From contig NZ_JABEMC010000001.1 of assembly GCF_013004595.1 (NCBI RefSeq), forward strand, positions 248,001 to 312,000: DNA of 64,000 nt. The letters are read 5' to 3'. The stretch comes from Brevibacterium luteolum. GTDB taxonomy: Bacteria > Actinomycetota > Actinomycetes > Actinomycetales > Brevibacteriaceae. Position 1 is the stretch's first letter. Each line of letters begins with the position of its first letter. The notes below the pieces were generated by a model that saw only the letters and a program-made list of their open reading frames with translations, did no database searches and was not told where the DNA came from. Positions 34,482-43,646 of the stretch are shown here, in pieces. The position numbers were made by a program, and so were the translations under genes.

Positions 34482-35240
34482 ATGTCTCCTTCTGCGCGTG
34501 GTCAGGGTTCCCAGCGGCGCCGGCCGAGTTCGGCTCGCGGCGCGCGCCCGGCAGCCCGCTCGACGGCTGGCTCCGGTGGCGGCGGCCCGCGCCGCCCCGA
34601 CCCTGCAGTCTATCGCCGCCGGCGCATCGTCGTCGGCGTGCTCGCCCTCATCGTCGTCTGCCTGCTCGTGCTCGGCATCGTGCTCATGGTCAAGGCGATC
34701 CAGAAGGTGCGCCAGGACTCCCGCGATCAGGCCGCAGCCGAGGCGGCGGCCGCCCAGTCGCCGGAACCGACCCTCCCAGCCCCGACCGGGGACGAGGCCT
34801 CGGGCGCCTGCCCGGCCGATGCCGTGGAGATCATCGCCGGGACCGATGAGGGATCCTACGCGCCCGGCGCCTCGGCGACCCTGGAGCTGACGGTGAAGAA
34901 CAACCACGACGTCGCCTGTGCGATCTCGGTGGGCCCGGAGCATCAGGTCTTCGAGATCCGCCAGGACGGCAAGACGCAGTGGTCGACGGAGTACTGCACG
35001 CCGGGTGGCGACGAGGCGGATGAGGACGTGCGCGTCTTCGCCCCGGGCACCGAGCGCAAGTCGACGCTCAAGTGGCAGATGATCCCAACGGACAAGAACT
35101 GCAACCGCACCGGTGACTCGTTCAAGGCAGGCGAGTACGAACTGGTGACGAAGCTCGGTGAGGTGGAGAGCAAACCCGCGCGGTTCACCGTCGAGGAGCC
35201 GTCGCCGGAGCCGACCGAGAAGCCCGAAGGCGAGGGCTGA
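34482..35240 (+). CDS. Membrane-anchored protein (Rv3587c-like)
   Basis: P.VYRRRR then TM, Cys-containing Ig-like C-terminal domain; conserved mutY/disA neighbourhood. Confidence 0.8.
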   Translation: MSPSARGQGSQRRRPSSARGARPAARSTAGSGGGGPRRPDPAVYRRRRIVVGVLALIVVCLLVLGIVLMVKAIQKVRQDSRDQAAAEAAAAQSPEPTLPAPTGDEASGACPADAVEIIAGTDEGSYAPGASATLELTVKNNHDVACAISVGPEHQVFEIRQDGKTQWSTEYCTPGGDEADEDVRVFAPGTERKSTLKWQMIPTDKNCNRTGDSFKAGEYELVTKLGEVESKPARFTVEEPSPEPTEKPEGEG

Positions 35241-35299
35241 GCGCAGGGCTGACGTTGAGGGCTGACCGACGCTGACCGACGCGGTCAGGGCTGACCGAC
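35233..35299 (+). repeat. Short tandem AGGGCTGA / GCTGACCGAC repeats between convergent genes
   Basis: AGGGCTGA four times and GCTGACCGAC three times within about 65 nt. Confidence 0.7.
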
Positions 35300-35314
35300 C
35301 CGAATGAGTTGTCG

Positions 35315-36427
35315 TCAGTTCTCGTGGACTTCCTCTTCGATGCGGTTGAGGCCCTCGCGCACGATCCGCGCGCGGTGCTCGCCGACGCCCTCGACGGATT
35401 TGAGCTCTGAGAGCTCAGCAGCCAGCAGCTCGGTGAAGCGGCCGAAGTGCTCGGCGAGCCGGTCGACGACCATCGGGGGCACGCGGCGGATGGTCGAGAG
35501 CAGCCGGTAGCCCAGCGGGTAGACGTAGCGGTCGAGGGATTCGCTGGCAGCTGAGGATCCGATGGTGCGGGCGACGATGTCGATGTCGATGAGGTCGTGG
35601 CCGGGCAGCGCGGCGAGATTGAGCAGGACGTCCTCGATCGAGTCGTGTTCGGGGATCGCGTCGATGTAGTCGCGCAGCAGGTGGTACTGGCTGTCATTGC
35701 GGGGCCCGACGAGCTCATCATGCTGCAGGGTGATGAGGCGGGCGTCGTCGCCGAGTTCGAGGATGTAGGTCTGGATCTCCTCCGAGATCCGGCGCACCAT
35801 CTCCTGGCGCTGTAGAACGACGAGCATATCGGCCAGGGTGGCCCGGTCGACGATCTCCAGGTACGTCAGCGTTGCGGTGACCTCGTCGAGGCGGTGCTTG
35901 TAGCGCTCCAGGGTGTCGAGGGCCTGGTTGGCGCGGGCGAGGATCCTGTCGGAGGTCTCGAGCACGTGCCGGATGCTGTGCACGTAGACCTGGATGATCT
36001 GCATCGACTGGCTGACGGAGATGACGGGGAATCCGGTCTGCTTGGCCACGCGCTCAGCGGTGCGGTGGCGGGTGCCGGATTCCTGTGTGTCGATCGAGGG
36101 ATCGGGCAGCAGCTGCACGCCTGCGGTGTGGATGTGGGAGGCGTCGCGGCTGAGCACGATGGCGCCGTCGAGCTTGGCGAGCTCGCGCAGGCGGGTGGCG
36201 GAGAATTCGATGTCGATGTTGAACCCGCCGGTGGAGATCGAGTCGACGACCTTCGATGAGCCGAGCACGATGAGCGCACCTGTGCGGCCGCGCAGCACTC
36301 GTTCGAGGCCGTCGCGCAGCTCAGTGCCCGGAGCGACTGCTGCGAGAGTGGAGAGGACGAGATCGTAGCTGGTCTGGTCGACCTCGCGCTGAGCGTCAAG
36401 GAAAAGGGGATTTCGCGCCGCGCGCAC
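35315..36427 (-). CDS. disA: DNA integrity scanning diadenylate cyclase
   Basis: APGT.LR.GLER, KLDGA, GTRHRTAER, C-terminal HhH VEGVG. Confidence 0.96.
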   Translation of the reverse strand: MRAARNPLFLDAQREVDQTSYDLVLSTLAAVAPGTELRDGLERVLRGRTGALIVLGSSKVVDSISTGGFNIDIEFSATRLRELAKLDGAIVLSRDASHIHTAGVQLLPDPSIDTQESGTRHRTAERVAKQTGFPVISVSQSMQIIQVYVHSIRHVLETSDRILARANQALDTLERYKHRLDEVTATLTYLEIVDRATLADMLVVLQRQEMVRRISEEIQTYILELGDDARLITLQHDELVGPRNDSQYHLLRDYIDAIPEHDSIEDVLLNLAALPGHDLIDIDIVARTIGSSAASESLDRYVYPLGYRLLSTIRRVPPMVVDRLAEHFGRFTELLAAELSELKSVEGVGEHRARIVREGLNRIEEEVHEN

Positions 36428-36570
36428 CTATGCTCTCCGATCAATGTCTACGGTCCTCTCAGTAGGCTAGCGAACCGTGTGGCACCCCGGCGGGGAATAC
36501 TGTTGCGAATGAGCAACAGTTGTGTTGCCGATCTGCCGCAATCGTCGGGGCAAGGGGTGTTGTTGTGTGG

Positions 36571-37962
36571 TCAGCGCGTCGTGTTGTTGAGTTCGAGGCC
36601 CATGGCAGCTTCGACGGCCTGCCGGATGCTGTCGCATTCGCTCACATCCATCCCGCGCGGGACGGTGACGTTGTTGAGCCCGCCGGCGGCGACGATCGCA
36701 TGGCTGACGCCCTGCCGGTATGCCTCTTCCAGCCGTTGTTCGATGCCGGGGACATTGCGGATCTCACCGGACAGGCTGATCTCTCCGATGCCGATGACCC
36801 GATTCTCCAACGGCCGGAACTGCCAAGCGGACTCCAGCGCGAGTGCCAGCGCCAGGTCGGCCGCCGGCTCGATGACTTTGGCACCGCCGACAGTAGAGGC
36901 GTAGACATCGCATTCGGCGAAGCTGTGCAGCATCGGCTCGCTGTTGAGCACTGCGAGCGTCATCGCGAGCCGGTTGGCATCGAGCCCGCTGACCGTGCGC
37001 CGCGGCGCCCCCTTCGTCTGCTTGTCGACAAGCGTCTGGATCTCCACGAGCAGATGGCGCTTGCCCTCCTGCACGACCGTCAGGCACGAGCCCGGCGCAT
37101 GCCCGCTGCCGCGTGAGAGGAACAGACCGGTGGGGTCGGGCACCGACTGGATGCCGAGCTCGGTCATGTCGAAGCAGCCGACCTCATCGGTGGGCCCGTA
37201 GCGGTTCTTCACCGCGCGCAGCAACCGCAGGCGGGAGTGCTTATCGCCTTCGAACTCGCACACGACGTCGACGAGGTGCTCCAGCAGCCGCGGGCCGGCG
37301 ACGGTGCCGTCCTTGGTGATGTGCCCGACGAGCACGGTCGGCACGTCGAGCGACTTTGCTGCGCGGATGATCGCCGCCGCCACCTCGCGCACCTGCGTCA
37401 CGCCGCCGGGCACGCCCTGCACCTCGGCTGAGGCCAGCGTCTGCACCGAGTCGATGATGAGCAGCTCCGGCTGGATCTCGACGATCATGCCGAGCACCGT
37501 GGCGAGATCGGATTCCGCGGCCAGCAGGAGGTCGGGGTGCATGGCGCCGATGCGCTCAGCGCGAAGCCGCACCTGACCGGCCGATTCCTCACCGGTGATG
37601 TAGAGGGCACGGCGTCCCTCACCTGACTCGCGCGAGGCCCGCCCGGCCACGTCGAGGAGAAGGGTGGATTTGCCGACTCCCGGCTCGCCGGCGAGCAGGA
37701 TGACCGCACCGGGGACGACGCCGCCGCCGAGGACCCGGTCCAGTTCGGAGACCCCGGTGCGGAATGCGCGGGTGCGAGTGCCGTCGACTTCGGTGATCGG
37801 CTTGGCGAGCTTGCTCGCCGGCACCTCCTTGGCCTGTGTCTTGATCGCTGTTGCGCCGCCGGCGGCTTCGGACTGCTCGAGAGTCCCCCATTCGCCGCAG
37901 CGCGAGCATCTGCCCAGCCACTTGATGCTGCTGTAGCCGCATTCCGTGCAGGTGTATGACAT
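36571..37962 (-). CDS. radA: DNA repair protein RadA/Sms
   Basis: C4 zinc finger, GEPGVGKSTL, KNRYG motif, Lon-like C-terminus. Confidence 0.97.
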   Translation of the reverse strand: MSYTCTECGYSSIKWLGRCSRCGEWGTLEQSEAAGGATAIKTQAKEVPASKLAKPITEVDGTRTRAFRTGVSELDRVLGGGVVPGAVILLAGEPGVGKSTLLLDVAGRASRESGEGRRALYITGEESAGQVRLRAERIGAMHPDLLLAAESDLATVLGMIVEIQPELLIIDSVQTLASAEVQGVPGGVTQVREVAAAIIRAAKSLDVPTVLVGHITKDGTVAGPRLLEHLVDVVCEFEGDKHSRLRLLRAVKNRYGPTDEVGCFDMTELGIQSVPDPTGLFLSRGSGHAPGSCLTVVQEGKRHLLVEIQTLVDKQTKGAPRRTVSGLDANRLAMTLAVLNSEPMLHSFAECDVYASTVGGAKVIEPAADLALALALESAWQFRPLENRVIGIGEISLSGEIRNVPGIEQRLEEAYRQGVSHAIVAAGGLNNVTVPRGMDVSECDSIRQAVEAAMGLELNNTTR

Positions 37963-37969
37963 GTGCCCA

Positions 37970-37991
37970 AGTCTGGCATGAGCCACGGACA
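37970..37991 (-). promoter_or_regulatory. RecA-NDp (PafBC-type)-like promoter of leaderless radA
   Basis: Minus strand TGTCCG-N10-CAGACT, 7 nt before the ATG. Confidence 0.6.
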
Positions 37992-38004
37992 TCACGGCCT
38001 CGAC

Positions 38005-38013
38005 TGTGGATAA
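38005..38013 (-). promoter_or_regulatory. Consensus DnaA box
   Basis: TGTGGATAA, which reads TTATCCACA on the minus strand. Confidence 0.5.
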
Positions 38014-38031
38014 CCGCTGGTCAGGAAGCGA

Positions 38032-38053
38032 TGTCAGTGCCCTCGCCTAGTGT
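38032..38053 (+). promoter_or_regulatory. RecA-NDp (PafBC-type) promoter facing the HNH gene
   Basis: TGTCAGTG-N8-TAGTGT, matching tTGTCRgtg-N8-TAnnnT apart from the weak leading t. Confidence 0.72.
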
Positions 38054-38109
38054 GGGAAGCAGATCGGAAGCCGGTTGTTTCCGGCTGTCGACAACAGGGG
38101 AAATACACC

Positions 38110-38138
38110 TAGACATCACACTTAAGCACGATTATAAT
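38110..38138 (+). promoter_or_regulatory. SigA-type promoter of the HNH gene
   Basis: TAGACA-17 nt-TATAAT. Confidence 0.62.
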
Positions 38139-38191
38139 CGAACGAAAGAGGTGCTCTTCACCTCTTGATCGTCCACGAGGAGGTGGCGGCA

Positions 38192-40537
38192 ATGAGAACT
38201 CGGACTCCCGATCCTGAGGAAAAAGAGCCATTGATCGAGGCCGCCCTCCGTTCGCACATCAGCCGCCCGCGGTACAGAGGAGTTCTGCCCGGCCGGGCTG
38301 CCACGGGGCGCAGAAGTCACGGCGAGGCTGTGCGCGGAGACCTCGATGACCGGCTCAACCGGCTGCACGCCAGCCGCGTCGCCCAAGGACTGCTCAAAGT
38401 GCACGAGTTCGAGGACGTGCTCGCGAGCTACAGCGCGCGCCTGGACCGTGAGCCTGAGTACCGCGAGCTCGCCGCCACCGTAGACACGTGGATCAAGTAC
38501 CGGCCAGCGCGATTCCGGCACGTGCGACCGGCTTCTACGTCCTCAGAGACGATCGAGTGGACGGTCCCCTGCACCGAAGAACAGCTCATGGAGTTCATGC
38601 GAGGCCACCAGGGGATGGAAGATACAGACGTCGAGACCTTGAAGTCAGGCAACGAGGCGATGGATCACGTCACCTTCGTCATCGATCCCTCCGCAATGCA
38701 TCGCATCGAGGCGGACCTCAGCTGGGATCGCGGACTGCCCGACCTCAGCGATACCGACAGCATCCACAGCACGCTGATCCACCAGAACCTCGACATCCGC
38801 CCCCGCCGCAAAGGCAAGCTGCGACCGCGTACGATCATCGGCCACAGCGCCCACGGACGCTTCTCACGCCTCGGCGCTGTCAGTGCGGATGACCGCACGC
38901 GCGGCAAGAAGAAGGCGAAGAACCAGTTCCGCCCGATCGCCGACGGGGTCAAAGCGCAGGTCGCAGAGAGCATGGCCGCCACACTCGCCCAGGTTGAGGA
39001 CACCTTCACAAGTGAGCTGCTCCTCGGCCTCACCGAAGTGTATGACTGCACCACGCAATCGGCCGTGACCAAGGTCAAGCGCGCGGCACGCGCCATCCTC
39101 GGCACACCCCGGTTGCTGTCGATGGTGCGCGCAGGTGAGCTCTCCTTCGATCGTCTGGAATATGCAGTGCGTGCTGCATGCAAGCTGCCGGCGCGCAAGA
39201 TGCCGATCTTCGACGACAAGATCTCCCAATGCCGGGCGACGAAGATGGTCTACTTCCGCCGCGCAGTCAACGAGCTGATCGCCGCGCTCATGACCGATGA
39301 TGAGCGCAACGAGGAAGCCTTCTCCAGACGCCGCGTCGTCACACACCACAACGCCAACGGCACCAGCGAGATGACGCTCATCGGCCCCACACACTCTCTC
39401 GTGCTCCTGGAAGCGCGTCTCGCAGGCATGGCCAAAGCGATCCGGCGCGGCCAGCTCTCAGTCTTCGGCGAAGAACTGCCAGAAGGGCACGTCTCGGTCG
39501 AGGAGCGCACACTCGAGCAGCTAAAATTCGACCTGCTGGCCGGCGCGATTCTCGCCACCGAGTCCGAATGCGCCCCGGCTGACGAAGCAGGCGCGGAGTC
39601 CATCCCCGGTGTCGAATCAGACCGCACGCGCGTGCGCTTCACCTGCCCAACCGACACCGAATGGCTGCGCCGCCAGGCGCGCGTGAACATCACCGTGCCG
39701 ATGATGACGATGCTGAACGAGGACGCCGATATCCCCGGCACGCTCAACGGCATCCCCATCAATCCCGAGGCCGCACGCCACATCGTCGGGTCCGGGCCGA
39801 AGACCGTCTATCGCATCCTCACCGACCCTGAAACCGGAAAGGTGCGCGACGCGCAGGCGCAGACCTACGCCATTCCCGAGGCGATGCGCATCGCTTTGGT
39901 GGAGAAGTGGCAGTACTGCACCGCGCCAGGTTGCCACCAACCAGCGCGCAAGGCTGAACTCGATCACCAGCGGCCTTTCGACCACAGGCACCCGGCAGCC
40001 GGTGGGCTCACGACGATGAAGAACCTGCACCCGCTGTGCAAGATGCACCACCAGCTCAAGACACAGGGCGTGCTGCGCCTCTCATCCTGCGGAAACACCG
40101 AGATGATCTGCTGGGAGATGGAGGGCCGCACATGCGATCCGGTGACCATTCCCGAAAGCCTGCTCGGAGTCCTCAACGCTGAGCACTTCGCCGCTATGGC
40201 TGAAGGGCGGCTGCCCAATCCCAGCCCGGAACCGGTTCTGCGAATACCGGATCGCTCCGGCGGAGACGATGACCCAGACGATTCCGCCGGATCAACCACC
40301 GCGCGGACACACCGACCTGCTGATTCCACACCAGCAGCTGAGTCAGAGCGCCCACCGCGCCCTTCACGCCCCAAGCGGCCGGTGAAGTCGGAGAATCCAA
40401 GTGACCCGGCGGAGACAGCCCCGCAGCCGGCGCCAGGTTCCGAGCGAAAGCCACAGCAGCCGCGGAACGTCGTCGACTACGTCAAGGGTGAACCGATCGG
40501 CGGCTGGGAGAACTCGATTGACCCACCGCCGTTCTGA
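38192..40537 (+). CDS. DUF222/13E12-like HNH endonuclease
   Basis: GAGGAGG RBS; ER...Q...D and RILTDP.TG motifs; HNH CTAPGC...ELDH.......GG.T...NL.PLCK.HH..KT; C-terminal PPF. Confidence 0.88.
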   Translation: MRTRTPDPEEKEPLIEAALRSHISRPRYRGVLPGRAATGRRSHGEAVRGDLDDRLNRLHASRVAQGLLKVHEFEDVLASYSARLDREPEYRELAATVDTWIKYRPARFRHVRPASTSSETIEWTVPCTEEQLMEFMRGHQGMEDTDVETLKSGNEAMDHVTFVIDPSAMHRIEADLSWDRGLPDLSDTDSIHSTLIHQNLDIRPRRKGKLRPRTIIGHSAHGRFSRLGAVSADDRTRGKKKAKNQFRPIADGVKAQVAESMAATLAQVEDTFTSELLLGLTEVYDCTTQSAVTKVKRAARAILGTPRLLSMVRAGELSFDRLEYAVRAACKLPARKMPIFDDKISQCRATKMVYFRRAVNELIAALMTDDERNEEAFSRRRVVTHHNANGTSEMTLIGPTHSLVLLEARLAGMAKAIRRGQLSVFGEELPEGHVSVEERTLEQLKFDLLAGAILATESECAPADEAGAESIPGVESDRTRVRFTCPTDTEWLRRQARVNITVPMMTMLNEDADIPGTLNGIPINPEAARHIVGSGPKTVYRILTDPETGKVRDAQAQTYAIPEAMRIALVEKWQYCTAPGCHQPARKAELDHQRPFDHRHPAAGGLTTMKNLHPLCKMHHQLKTQGVLRLSSCGNTEMICWEMEGRTCDPVTIPESLLGVLNAEHFAAMAEGRLPNPSPEPVLRIPDRSGGDDDPDDSAGSTTARTHRPADSTPAAESERPPRPSRPKRPVKSENPSDPAETAPQPAPGSERKPQQPRNVVDYVKGEPIGGWENSIDPPPF

Positions 40538-40561
40538 TCGATTCCCACCACCCGGATACGT

Positions 40562-40604
40562 TCATCGCCCCGGTCCGAACTCAATGCTCGAACCGGGGCG
40601 ATGA
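40562..40604. terminator. Hairpin between convergent HNH and ALDH genes
   Basis: TCATCGCCCCGGT/ACCGGGGCGATGA 13-bp stem. Confidence 0.72.
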
Positions 40605-40661
40605 CAGCGGTGATCAGCCCACCTGCAGCTGAAGCTAGCCGCTGATCAGGTCAGCTCCAGA

Positions 40662-42194
40662 TCAGAGGAACTTCACTCCCTGGGCCAGCGGCAGCTCACC
40701 TGAGTAGTTGACGGTGTTCGTCGCTTGGCGCATGTACGCCTGCCACGAATCCGCGCCGGACTCGCGTCCGCCACCGGTCTCCTTCGTGCCACCGAAAGCA
40801 CCGCCGATCTCAGCACCGGAGGTGCCGATGTTGACGTTGGCGATGCCGGTGTCCGAACCGGCGAGGAAGCGCTCGGCCTCAGCCTGATCCTGCGTGAAGA
40901 TCGCTGACGACAGGCCCTGCGGCACAGCGTTGTTCAGCTCGATCGCATCGTCGAGATCCGTGTACTCCATGACGTAGAGGATCGGTGCGAACGTCTCCGC
41001 CTCGACGATCTCCGTCTGACCAGGCATCTTCACGACCGCCGGCTCGACGTAGTACGCATCCGGCGCGTCATCGGCGAGCACGCGGCCGCCGCCGCACAGC
41101 ACCTCGCCGCCCTGAGCCTTCGCGGCCTCAAGCGCCGACTGCATGTCATCGAAGGCCTTCTTGCCGATGAGCGGCCCGACGAGCACACCATCCTCCGTCG
41201 GCGCACCGATGCTGAGCGTGCCGTAGGCGTCGACAATCTTGCCGACGAGCTCGTCGACGATATCGGCGTGCACGATGAGGCGGCGCAGCGTCGTGCAGCG
41301 CTGACCGGCCGTACCGGCAGCAGCGAACACGGCGCCGCGCAGCGACAGGTCCATGTCCGCGCTCGGGGCGACGATCGCAGCATTGTTGCCGCCGAGCTCC
41401 AGCAGCAGACGGCCGAAGCGCTGCTGCACCTTCGGGCCGACAGCCCGGCCCATCGGCACCGAACCGGTCGCCGAGAGCAGCGCGACGCGCTCATCCTCGA
41501 CGAGCACCTCGCCCACAGACCGATCGCCGACGAGCAGCAGATTGAGGTTCTCTGGTGCGCCCTCTTCCTTCGCGGCCTGCGCCAGCAGCGCATTCGCGCC
41601 CAGGGCCGACAGCGTCGATGCCTCCGAGGGCTTCCAGATCACCGTGTCACCGCAGGCGATCGCCAGCGCGGTGTTCCACGCATACGGGGCAACCGGGAAG
41701 TTGAACGCCGTGATGATGCCGACGACACCGAGCGGATGCCAGGTCTCCATGAGCCGGTGGCCCGGGCGCTCACTCGGCATCGTCTTGCCGTACATCTGCC
41801 GCGACTGGCCGACGGCCAGCTCACAGATGTCGATCATCTCCTGCACCTCGCCGGCCGCCTCGGACGGGGTCTTGCCGGCCTCGACGGTGACGAGCTTGGC
41901 CAGCTCGTCCTTGTGCTCTTCGAGCAGGCGGCCCCAGCGCTGCACCACCTTGCCGCGCACGGGAGCCGGCACGTCCTTCCACTGGCGGAACGCCTGCTGG
42001 GACTTGGCCACCGCCTCGGCGGCGGATTCCGGGGTGTCGACGGCGATGTGGCCGAGGATCTGGCCGGTGATGGGGGAGGGCAGCGGCATCGACTGCGCCG
42101 ACCCCTCGGTCAGCAGCGAATCGAAGTCGATGCCGCAGGCTGCCAGTCCTTCGCGGGTGAGCTGGATGATGGCGTCCTGGCTGGGAAAGGTCAT
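40662..42194 (-). CDS. Aldehyde dehydrogenase family 7 (piperideine-6-carboxylate dehydrogenase-like)
   Basis: GEVQEMIDI, PSERPGH, AFNFPVA, LELGGNN, GTAGQRCT, GTSGAEIGGAFGG. Confidence 0.92.
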   Translation of the reverse strand: MTFPSQDAIIQLTREGLAACGIDFDSLLTEGSAQSMPLPSPITGQILGHIAVDTPESAAEAVAKSQQAFRQWKDVPAPVRGKVVQRWGRLLEEHKDELAKLVTVEAGKTPSEAAGEVQEMIDICELAVGQSRQMYGKTMPSERPGHRLMETWHPLGVVGIITAFNFPVAPYAWNTALAIACGDTVIWKPSEASTLSALGANALLAQAAKEEGAPENLNLLLVGDRSVGEVLVEDERVALLSATGSVPMGRAVGPKVQQRFGRLLLELGGNNAAIVAPSADMDLSLRGAVFAAAGTAGQRCTTLRRLIVHADIVDELVGKIVDAYGTLSIGAPTEDGVLVGPLIGKKAFDDMQSALEAAKAQGGEVLCGGGRVLADDAPDAYYVEPAVVKMPGQTEIVEAETFAPILYVMEYTDLDDAIELNNAVPQGLSSAIFTQDQAEAERFLAGSDTGIANVNIGTSGAEIGGAFGGTKETGGGRESGADSWQAYMRQATNTVNYSGELPLAQGVKFL

Positions 42195-42245
42195 GGATGC
42201 TCCTTCTCTTGTGGGGGTGTCTTCAGTGTGTCGCAGATCGCTGGC

Positions 42246-43403
42246 TTATACGACGTTCATCTCGACGCGCAGCTCCTTGCGGTCGAACCGCTCGACGCTC
42301 AGGCCGCTGACGTCGACGAACGGTTCGCGGCCGAGGTAGAGGTCGCGCACGACCTCGCCGACGGCCGGGCCCTGCAGGAACCCGTGGCCGGAGAACCCGG
42401 TCGCGTAGATGAATCCGGGCAGCTGGGCGGCGGTGCCGATGAGCGCGTTGTGATCGGGGGTGCACTCGTACAGGCCGGCCCAGCCCTTGCCGATTCCGAC
42501 GTCGCCGAGGGCCGGCGCGCGGTGCTCGATGAGCTCGGCGAGCCGGTCGAGCCAGGCGGGGTCGGTGTGCAGATTGAAGTCGCGGACGTCGTCGACCTCC
42601 GGGGCGCCCATGAGCAGTCCGCGGCACTCGGAGTGGAAGTAGAACGAGGTGGTGAAGTCGATGGTGAACGGCAGCTTCGTTGCATCGAAGTCGACCGGCT
42701 CGGTCACCGCGACGTGCCGGCGCAGCGGGGTGACCGGCAGATCGACGCCGGCCATCTCGCCGATCCGCTGCGACCATGCGCCGGCGGCGCACACCACGTG
42801 CGAGGTGGCGATCTCGCCCTTCGACGTCGTCACCCCGTGGATCTCGTCGCCGGTGGTGACGATGTCGGTGACCTCGCAGTTCTGCACGAACGTCACCCCG
42901 CGCTTGCGCGCCGCGCACGCGAACCCGCTGACCGCCGCCTCGGGCGTGCAGTGGGCGTCCTCGGGGTTGAAGGCCGCTGCCACCAGGCCCGAGGTGGAGA
43001 TCACCGGGGAGAGCTCGTGGGCTTCGGAGACGGTGAGCATCCGCGAGGACTGGCCGAGGGAGCGCTGCAGCTCGACGTTGCGCTCGAACGCTGCAGCATC
43101 AGCGTCGTTGTCGAGCAGGAACAGGTAGCCGCTGGTGACGAGATCGAGGTCGGTGTCGAAGTCGGTCTCGAACCGGCGGAATGTCTCCAGGCTGCGGGCG
43201 CCGAGCATGATGTTGGTCTCGTCGGAGAACTGAGTGCGCAGGCCGCCGGCGGCTTTGCACGTCGATCCGGAGCCGAGCTGGCCGCGTTCGATGACGACGA
43301 TGTCCTCGACTCCCGCCTCGGCCAGGTAGTATGCGGCTGCCACGCCCATGATGCCGCCGCCGATGATGACGATCGAAGCACTCGGGGGCAGGGGAACAGT
43401 CAT
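42246..43403 (-). CDS. FAD-dependent oxidoreductase (DAO / sarcosine oxidase beta-like)
   Basis: GGGIMG, GSGST.KAAGG, AAGAWS, WAGLY..TPD, GFSGHGF; GGAGG RBS. Confidence 0.92.
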   Translation of the reverse strand: MTVPLPPSASIVIIGGGIMGVAAAYYLAEAGVEDIVVIERGQLGSGSTCKAAGGLRTQFSDETNIMLGARSLETFRRFETDFDTDLDLVTSGYLFLLDNDADAAAFERNVELQRSLGQSSRMLTVSEAHELSPVISTSGLVAAAFNPEDAHCTPEAAVSGFACAARKRGVTFVQNCEVTDIVTTGDEIHGVTTSKGEIATSHVVCAAGAWSQRIGEMAGVDLPVTPLRRHVAVTEPVDFDATKLPFTIDFTTSFYFHSECRGLLMGAPEVDDVRDFNLHTDPAWLDRLAELIEHRAPALGDVGIGKGWAGLYECTPDHNALIGTAAQLPGFIYATGFSGHGFLQGPAVGEVVRDLYLGREPFVDVSGLSVERFDRKELRVEMNVV

Positions 43404-43582
43404 GATGAACCTCCTCCTCTTCAGGCCGGCGCGGCCTGCCGGGACCGTGTGGGTCCGCCAGTCTGCGCCGGGAGCACAGGCCCGACGACTGTGTCGGGTC
43501 TCACAACTGCGTGTGCTGTCATCTTCCGCCAGCCAACCGGCTCCAGGCAACGTCCTGACAGCGATGAACTGTGAATGCAGCG

Positions 43583-43597
43583 TTTAGTATTACTGAA
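43583..43597. promoter_or_regulatory. Putative LysR box (T-N11-A)
   Basis: TTTAGTATTACTGAA, an AT-rich imperfect palindrome between the oxidase and the divergent LysR gene. Confidence 0.55.
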
Positions 43598-43646
43598 AGG
43601 CGGCCGGTGCGGCCGATGGAGAATGTGGCAGAACGGGGGAGTGCCG

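Noticed and set aside
38005..38094. Replication origin
   Set aside because: One perfect and one degenerate DnaA box only; no box cluster, unwinding element or dnaA/dnaN.
38138..38153. Full LexA SOS box
   Set aside because: Only the left half TCGAAC is present; the right half (GAGGTG) does not match GTTCGA.
38165..40604. Calling the HNH gene a bounded mobile element
   Set aside because: No terminal inverted repeats, target duplication or transposase/integrase were found.
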